From: Babesia bigemina
Lineage: Eukaryota
Length of the DNA: 38,916 nt
NCBI RefSeq assembly: GCF_000981445.1
Contig: NW_012237200.1
Coordinates: forward strand, 1 to 38,916
Direction of reading: 5' to 3'
This document shows, piece after piece, positions 30,228 through 38,916 of this stretch (positions within the stretch are counted from its first letter, which is position 1; each line of letters begins with the position of its first letter). Below the pieces are notes generated by a model, which was not told where the DNA came from, did not search any database, and saw nothing but the letters and a program-made list of their open reading frames with translations. The translations under genes and the position numbers were made by a program.

Positions 30228-33200
30228 TCACGGTTGTAGATACGATATCTTGGCAAGCCTTCCGACTTGCGCTGCGGCCAACAGTGATTGCGCCGTTATC
30301 CTGTGCGATGACGGTGATCTCAGGTGTGAGCGTATGTGGAGCACATCCAGTCTGCCAACCATTACGCAGATGAGGTAGAAGAGGGACAGTGACCAAAGTG
30401 CGAGCACTAGATAGGTGAACGGTTCTCTAATGGCAAATATGAATTCATCAATTTTTCTAATAAGTTCGACAAGTAGAGACTCCTTATTAAATACATCTTT
30501 GAATGCCGCACAGAAATTTTGACACGTGCGTTTTTTTGTCAGTCCTTCATTCCCGTTTAACTTGGCTTGCTGCAAAAACACGAACCCGTATTTTGACAAA
30601 GTCGGCAGTGCTTTTCTGCATTGGACTATAGATTTACAATCGTCATGATGTTCGTTTGGGGTTGGCGGTTTTCTAAGCCTTAAACAATCCTTAACGCACG
30701 ATGTCGTTAAGCAGTTGGATCCCTTTGGACCGCAGTTAGAGTTGCACTCGTCATATAATTTTTTGAGTAAATCGTAGAATGTCTCAGTCTGGTAAACAAT
30801 CCATGATAGGTATTTATCGGCATATTTAGCTGCATATATATCTCTGATACCGCTATTGATGGGATACAGATATGGCCCACATACGACTGATTCTATTGAA
30901 GTGCATACGAGACTGCCGAGGCTACCGCCCGAATGCCCCTGCCACACTGCGGAGTGACTAGGGGAATATAAGTTATGCACTATGAGCTCATCATATTTGT
31001 TCTCGAAGTGCGCTGCGCTGACGGCCTTGTCAAATGCGCCCTGTCTATGGTCGCTACGTTGCGTGTTCCAGCCGTATATATAATTATAATAGAAAGCAAA
31101 CATGTCACCTAGCGTCTGCGGAGGTTTCTGCAAAAGACACATGAAACCAGCGCACAGTGAGCGGAGGTGAGATTTTTCACCACAGAAATCTTTTAACACT
31201 TGTATGAGATGGTTACCTTTCTTCGTATGCGATGCCAGTTGACTGATATCAGAAAAGCCCATTGGTGTCTTGCATGGCAGGCCGCGGTGATTGGACACAG
31301 TACACTCCAATTTACACCCAGGTTTAGTAAAAGAGTGCGGCAAGAAACCTTGTAAACCATCTTCAAGGAACGATTGCAAAGGAGACTTCAAACCGCACTT
31401 AGGGTGCGAATCACACGTTTGGTCAGCACTTTGGTTGCCTCTTTGGCCAGCGTTTTGGTCAGCCAGTTGGGGACAGTTTTGGTTAGGACACTGCTTGGTG
31501 TTACAATTCCATCCGGATCCACCGACTCCACGGCCATACCAGCAATCGGCCCATCCGCTGCTATCGGTACCGTTCTCGCACTGACTATATAGGAACCGGA
31601 ACTGGTGATACAATCTTTCCGCTATGTCGACAAGCATATCGAAGCACGCACTACCACTGTTAGGGTACAACAACTTTTCTTCGTTGGTGCTGAAGTCGCA
31701 AGCGTAGCGGCCACCTGCGTGACCGTGTCCTTGAATGGCGACCAACACGTCATGGCAAAATATGGAAGCATGTATCAGCGCTTTGCCCGCCAGGTACACA
31801 TATGTGATATCTTTGGTTGCTGAGAGTTTAACTTCGCTGGATGGAATGGCCTTAATATCTTTCCCTTCGTTTTCCTTACTTCTAGGAAATAGGTCCTTGA
31901 TGCAGAGGTAAACTGGTGTAAGAATGGGATTATAGCGCAGCCCGTTGAGCCATTGCAGCATTTGATAGATATTACGCGGTGCTTTGGCAGACGGAATATG
32001 TTCCAGGTGACGTACGTGGTAATATCTCTCGAGATGTCCGAAAAGGAATTCAAGTATATGAAGGAGGGTTATATCACTGCCATTGGGTTTAGTTTTCACC
32101 TTATTTTTCGCATCCTTTTCTTTCTTCCAATCCACAATTACGCCACTTTTTATGCCAAGATTTTTGCTAATTAAGTTCTTATTTATGTGGTCACCCTTCA
32201 TTTTTGCTTTGTCATCCAGCAACTCACCGGTCTGCTTGCCGTCCTCTGAATTTACTTCGTAGCCTTGCTTTTGGAAAAACTGTCCAAGAGAATTGTTTCC
32301 ACATGTATTTATGGCTATATCCTTCCATGATGTCGCACATTCATGCTGTAGGTCCTTCAAAGTGTGGCCTAAGATGCGGATAATGCTAAAAAATACCTTA
32401 GATAAATTTCTGCCGTCATCTGTCAACTCAACTTTTGTACCAGATTTTCCATCGGAAATAGTCTTAGTAATAACCAATTTACTCAATTTATCAATCCCCT
32501 CCCCTCCATCATACCCGTTCACATACACCCGCTCCATCTCCTTGACAAACCCCTGCAGCCCCGCTCTGACCGCATCGAGCAGCTCCGGGTGCCGGGGGTT
32601 GGCGAAGTGGGAGGGGTGGAGAGCGGTGAGGGAGGAGGAGAGGTGGGAGAGGAGGGAGGTGAATTTAGAGTCGTAATTGTATATATTTGAAGTCTTTAAA
32701 TGCTCTAAAAGCGCTGTGATATTGGATTTAATTCCATCCACTTTTTTACCAGGTTCACCCGGATGTGGACCGGCCACCTCGTACCCAATATAGAATATAA
32801 CGGATTCGGCGTAATTTTTGAATCTGTCGGCCAATTCCCTGAACTGATCATTTGCACGTACTTGGTCCACTTTTAATTTACTCAATAGATTATCGTTCAC
32901 TTGACCCTTCCGGTCGTGATCCATCACCTTCCGCAGCAGGCCTTTGACGCCGGAGTTGAGATCGTCGGCGATTTCAGTTTCGATGGCGGCGATTTGGGAG
33001 GTGATTTCCGTTTTCATGGATTCGAACATCTTGCTGATTTTATTGTGGTACTCCTCTTTGGCATTAGTTTGGATGTCCGCTGTGGTTACGGCAATTTCCG
33101 ATGTGACGAAGGCTTGTATGTTATTAATAGCGTCAATAGCTTGCATTTGAATAACGTCTCTATAAAAAACGCTGGCATCGTCGAGGAGTTTCTTCAAGTT

Positions 33201-36060
33201 ATACTTGTTAGGTCCGGGATCCGTCGATGTGCCGAGGATTCTAACAATATCGTCCTTAATTTTGGTGAGGCCACTCCTCAAACCATATTTCAGTTCACCG
33301 CTATCTCCAATTATGGTTTTTAATTCTGTCAATAGAGTCTTTACACCTTTTCTGTTCATGTCATGACCGTCGACGGAACTTTTTTCATCTTTCTCCACAA
33401 GCGCCTCAACTTTACCGGCAAAAGACGAGAGCGACGTGGTGATCTTATCTGACGCAGCTATAACATAACCAATTTTTGGCAGATCGTTCAGAGCATCATC
33501 TGCTACTGTAGTTTTTAGCGCATTGATTTTTGATTTAACGGAGTTAACCCCGTCACCATGCGCATGATTGTGATAATCCTGCATTATGGTCTCCAAATCG
33601 TAATTGTTATCACCAGCATCCTGTTGTTTCTTCCTAAACATTGAATCAACTCTAGATTTCAGAATCGTAAGATCCTGATTGATTTTACTATCAAACTCAC
33701 TAACCAACTTTTGCAGGCCGGAAACATCCTTACCCCCGGCGCTGTACTGTACACCTTTATTTTGCGTCGAATTTTGTAGGCCGTCTTTAATTTTCGTAAT
33801 CTTAGCATTAACGGTTTCCGCAATACCTTTGATTTCCACCTTAACCTTATCTTGAATTTTATTCAGAAGTTGCTGCACCAACTGCTGCGAATGCTCGGAC
33901 ACTGCTTTCGCAATGTTTCGTAGGACGTTCAGTAAATTCTTTACGTCCTCGTGTGTTATGGATTCAGAATGCTTGCTTAGTTTTGGTAATATTTTGTCGA
34001 TCATTGAAGCGTGCGAACCTAGATTAAGTTGAGTGACGCCACTTATATCGACACCAATGGCGTTTAACTGTCGTTGAACACTAATAAAATTCGGGTTTGG
34101 CAAATTCCCATTAACCACATTTTGTAGCTCTTTAACTGGAGTGGTTAGACGTGTCCTGAAAACTGAAAATGCATTTTCTAAATCTTTTCTTGCGTTGTTA
34201 CCAACTCTTCCAACTCCGCCTTCTATTCCCCCCATGGCTTCCTTTAATGGGCCCATTATATTAACATTGAGATCGCGGAAGTACTTTTTCAATATCTCAA
34301 AAGAATCCGTGGTACCACCAATAGCTTTGAGTAAAGGCGCTGAGACATTTTCTGGAATTCCTGCGTTGCTTCCATGCTTTCTGATCTGGTCTACGTTTGA
34401 AAGCTCTTTGAGCTTTTCGATATCCGTTTCCACTCCCTCAATCGCCGTCTCAATGGCAGTTTTAGTTGAGATGAATTTCTGATTAAAGTCCGACGCATTG
34501 CTTATAAGTGTCTGAAATGGCGCACTAACATGCGCTTCCAACTGCTTCAAATCTCTTTTGAGTTCTCCATCCAGATTCGTCAGCGCCGTTTGCGCTTCGT
34601 TAACCAATTTCTCAACGTCCCTTTTAGCGCTGCTTGCTGCCATGCTAAGAGTTTCAGCATGTTTGTATAAATCTCCGGCGGCTTTCTCAATCTCTTTATA
34701 ATTCTTATTTTGCTTATCGAACATTCCAAGTATGTCACTGCATCTATTTAGCGCATTCTCAACGGCGATCTTAGTTTTGTCGATCCATGTATCCAAATCT
34801 ACTTTAGTGACATTCAACTCAGCTTTAACGTTGGTTATGGGATCGACTATTTTTTCATTGAACATTTTATCAATATTGTTTTTCATTATAGTTATACGGT
34901 CGATGAGTTTACCGTGAATGTGGTCTCTCAACTCTTCAAGTTTATGTTCCGCCGTGCCGACAAGCATACGTAACTCGTCATTACTGGCAGCCCCAATAAA
35001 TAATTTCGTTTCTATTTCTATAATACGTACGGTGTCGGACATTTTGTTTCTTAGTGATATGTCAAGCTGGTTGTAATTGGTTTCTGCCAAATTGAAAGCA
35101 TCTAACAACGCAGTTGACTCACCGATGCATCTAGTCAACATGGCAGTAACCTCACGAGGTTGGCACGACTTAAGTGCGTTAAGTGATTCATGCATACGTT
35201 TAATATTATCATTATTAAAAGTTTTAAGTCTGTTTTTAAGTGCGCTAGTTTTCTCAGTCACCTCCCTATCCCACTCCCCCAGCGCCTGGCTCACAGCCTT
35301 AACGGCCTCAGACAATCCGTCAGGATTGTGCATACTGATTTTAATTGTTTCAAGTGTTTTGTCCATCTTAGTATAATAAGTTGTAACGCTTGGATCATCT
35401 TTCACTGCTTCAAGCACACCACTCAAAAATCCCATCACCCCGTCACACAGCCTGTCAAGGTCAGAGTAGACAATGCCTTTGCCAGTGTAGCCTTTGGTTT
35501 GGTTGTCGAAGCCTAGGAAGGTTTCGAGGCCATCACATAAATGCGTTAAAAGGTTTTTAGCGGGAATATTATTTGCATCATCATCTTCTTTTTTGCCGAT
35601 AAAAGCTTCGAGTTTTTTTTTAAGATCTTCAAGTTGTTTCTCACGCTCTTCAATGTCCTTCAAGGCTCTTTTAGTAGCATCATCATAACGACGGGAGTGG
35701 GAAGATTTGCAAGATTCTTTCATATTTTCAAGGCCTTTAATTTTCTCAGCATTTTTTGGTTGTCCAGACTTTTCAGGACTATTTGCATTCTTAATCAGCG
35801 TATCAATATAGGAACAGTTAGAGGGATGTCCAGTATACTTAACAGGGCATTCAAGTTTCTTTTTTTCGGCTTGGAGGGACTTGGTAGCATTACCTATAGC
35901 CTCCTCAATCAACTTTTTCAAAGCTTCAGACAACTTGGTAAGACCTTCATCATTGCCACCATTCCCATACCTAACCTGGATCAACCAGTCGATGGACTCA
36001 GTCAGAAGGGAAGTCAAGGGTGACAAGGCACAAGTTATTATTGTGGTTTAAGAAGGTCAT
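30228..36060 (-). CDS. ves1: ves/VESA-like variant surface antigen, copy 4 (frameshift near codon 20; next in-frame ATGs at 35723 and 35435)
   Basis: 1932-codon frame 30228..36026 beginning with the VESA-type ESIDWLIQV motif; GIVYSDLDRLCDGVMGFLSGVL, Cys-rich C-half, TM and ...GRLAKISYLQP tail. The conserved ATG at 36060 reads MTFLNHNNNLCLVTLDFPSD* and is 1 nt out of frame. Confidence 0.8.
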
Positions 36061-36084
36061 AGCGGTAATATGGCGAGGTAATTC

Positions 36085-38916
36085 AAGGGATGTAGAGTGG
36101 GTTAAGGGGCGATGTAGAGTGGATAAAGGGGCGATGTGGAGTGGGTTAGGGAGCGATGTAGAGTGGATTAGGGAGCGATGTAGAGTGGATAAAGGGGCGA
36201 TGTAGAGTGGATTAGGGAGCGATGCAGAGTGGGTTAAGGGGCGATGTAGGGTGGGTTAGGGAGCGATGTAGAGTGGATAAAGGGGCGACGTAGAGTGGGT
36301 AAAGGGGCGATGTAGAGTGGGTAAAGGAGCGATGAAGAGTGGATAAGGAGCGATGTAGAGTGGACTAAGGAGCGATGTAGAGTGGACTAAGGAGCGATGA
36401 GGAGTGGGTTAGGGAGCGATGAGGAGTGGGTAAAGGGGCGATGTAAGGTGGTTAAGGGGCGATGTAGAGTGGATAAAGGAGCGATGTAGAATGGGTTAAG
36501 GAGCGATGTGGAGTGGATTAAGGAGCGATGTAGAGTGGATAAAGGAGCGATGTAGAGTGGGTTAAGGGGCGATGTAGGGTGGATTAGGGAGCGATGTGGA
36601 GTGGATAAAGGGGCGATGTAGAGAGGGTTAAGGGGCGATGTGGAGTGGATAAGGGAGCGATGTAGAGTGGTTAAAGGGGCGATGTGGAGTGGATAAAGGG
36701 GCGATGTAGAGTGGGTTAGGGAGCGATGAAGAGTGGATTAAGGAGCGATGTAGAGTGGGTTAGGGAGCGATGAGGGGTGGGTAAAGGGGCGATGTGGAGT
36801 GGGTAAGGGGCGATGTGGAGTGGGTGAAAGGGCGATGTAGAGCGGGTTAGGGAGCGATGTAGAGTGGGTTAGGGAGCGATGTAGAGTGGGTTAGGGAGCG
36901 ATGTAGAGTGGATAGAGGAGCGATGTAGAGTGGATAAGGGGCGATGTAGAGTGGGTAAGGGGCGATGAGGAGTAAGTTAAGGAGCGATGTAGAGTGGATA
37001 AAGGGGCGGTGTAGAGTCTATTAGGGAGCGATGTGGAGTGGATAAAGGGGCGATGTAGAGTGGGTTAAGGGGCGATGTAGAGTGGATAAAGGGGCGATGT
37101 GGAGTGGGTTAGGGAGCGATGTAGAGTGGGTAAAGGGGCGATGTAGAGTGGGTTAGGGAGCGATGTAGAGTGGATTAAGGGGCGATGAAGAGTGGTTAAG
37201 GGGCGATGTAGAGTGGGTAAAGGGGCGATGTAGAGTGGATAAAGGGGCGATGTAGAGTGGATAAAGGAGCGATGTAGAGTGGGTTAGGGAGCGATGTAGA
37301 GTGGGTAAAGGGGCGATGTAGAGTGGATAGAGGAGCGATGTGGAGTGGGTTAGGGAGCGATGTAGAGTGGATTAAGGGGCGATGTAGAGTGGGTTAGGGA
37401 GCGATGTAGAGTGGATAAAGCGGCGGTGTAGAGTGGATAAAGGGGCGATGTAGAGTGGATTAGGGAGCGATGTAGAGTGGATAAAGGGGCGATGTAGAGT
37501 GGAGTAAGGGGCGATGTAGAGTGGGTTAAGGGGCGGTGTGGAGTGGATAAAGGGGCGATGTAGAGTGGATAAAGGGGCGATGTGGAGTGGGTTAGGGAGC
37601 GATGTGGAGTGGGTAAGGGGCGATGTGGAGTGGATTAGGGAGCGATGTGGAGTGGGTTAAGGGGCGATGTGGAGTGGATAAAGGGGCGATGTAGAGTGGG
37701 TAAAGGGGCGATGTAGAGAGGGTAAAGGGGCGATGTAGAGTGGGTTAGGGGCGATGTAGAGTGGACAAAGGAGCGATGTAGAGTGGGTTAGAGAGCGATG
37801 TAGAGTGGGTAAAGGAGCGATGTAGGGTACATAAAGGGGCGATGTAGAGTGGGTTAAGGGGCGATGTGGAGTGGGTTAGGGAGCGATGTAGAGTGGATAA
37901 GGGGCGATGTAGAGTGGATTAGGGAGCGATGTAGAGTGGATAAGGGAGCGATGTAGAGTGGATAAAAGAGCGATGTAGAGTGGGTAAAGGGGCGATGTAG
38001 AGTGGATAAAGGGGCGATGTAGAGTGGATAAAGGGGCGATTAGAGGAGGTTAAGGAGCGATGTAGAGTGGGTAAAGGGGCGATGTAGAGTGGGTAATGGA
38101 GCGATGTAGAGTGGATAAGGGAGCGATGTAGAGTGGATAAGGGAGCGATGTAGAGTGGGTTAAGGGGCGATGTAGGGTGGATAAGGGAGCGATGTAGAGT
38201 GGGTAAAGGGGCGATGAAGAGTGGATAAAGGGGCGATGTAGAGTGGATAAGGGAGCGATGTAGAGTGGGTTAGGGAGCGATGTGGAGTGGATTAGGGAGC
38301 GATGTGGAGTGGGTAAAGGGGCGATGTAGAGTGGGTTAAGGGGCGATGTAGAGTGGATGAAGGGGCGATGTAGAGTGCGTTAAGGGAGCGATGTAAAGTG
38401 GATAAAGGGGCGGTGTGGAGTGGATAAAGGGGCGATGTGGAGTGGGTTAGGGAGCGACGTAGAGTGGATAAAGGGGCGATGTAGAGTGGATAAAGGGGCG
38501 ATGTGGAGTGGGTTAGGAAGCGATGTCGAGTGGGTTAAGGGGCGATGCAGAGTGGATAAAGGGGCGATGTAGAGTGGGTTAGGGAGCGATGTAGGGTGGA
38601 TAAAGGAGCGATGTAGAGTGGATTAAGGGGCGATGTAGAGTGGATAAGGGAGCGATGTAGAGTGGATTAAGGGGCGATGTAGAGTGGATAAAGGAGCGAT
38701 GTGGAGTGGGTAAGGGAGCGATGTAGAGTGGATAAAGGGGCGATGTAGAGTGGATTAGGGAGCGATGTGGAGTGGATAAAGGGGCGATGTGGAGTGGGTA
38801 AAGGAGCGATGTAGAGTGGGTTAAGGGGCGATGTAGAGTGGGTTAAGGGGCGATGTAAAGTGGATAAAGGAGCGATGTAGAGTGGATAAAGGAGCGATGT
38901 GGAGTGGATAAAGGGG
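36085..38916. repeat. Satellite A array 4, >2.8 kb, runs off the window end
   Basis: GCGATGTAGAGTGG core at ~21-nt period. Confidence 0.98.

Noticed and set aside
387..36026. ORF-track starts at 5720, 13338 and 36026
   Set aside because: These are GTG/TTG codons; the paralogue-conserved ATGs are at 5749, 13581 and 36060
36085..38916. Telomere at the window end
   Set aside because: TTAGGG occurs only as a linker variant in a 21-bp unit, and identical arrays are internal three times

Overview
Eukaryotic (piroplasm, Babesia-like; closest to my recollection of B. ovata/B. bigemina) variant surface antigen locus. Four large head-to-tail paralogues of the ves/VESA family (~1,780-1,940 codons; variable helical N-half, Cys-rich C-half, C-terminal TM helix and ...LHI(K/R)SHL.SPS.H.I.AQSLLAA...YLQP tail) lie on the minus strand. 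Almost all intergenic DNA is an ordered set of four minisatellites. In transcription order the cassette is: purine-rich 21-bp satellite A (0.7-4.3 kb), a fixed 24-nt leader, ATG-ves gene, a ~145-nt conserved spacer, an ATG-initiated 24-bp satellite D reading (QSAKLATR)n, 12-bp satellite C and/or 20-bp satellite B, a conserved quasi-palindromic junction, then the next satellite A. Only gene 3 is intact from its conserved ATG. The other three carry a frameshift or stop within the first ~45 codons and are otherwise fully open. Between genes 2 and 3 sits a small Cys-rich membrane-protein gene. It is preceded by a ~75-bp tandem repeat in which each unit is a ~40-nt micro-exon plus a 32-36-nt GT-AG micro-intron, and followed by a frameshifted mini-TM ORF. 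Species and family assignments come from recalled motifs, not from a database search.
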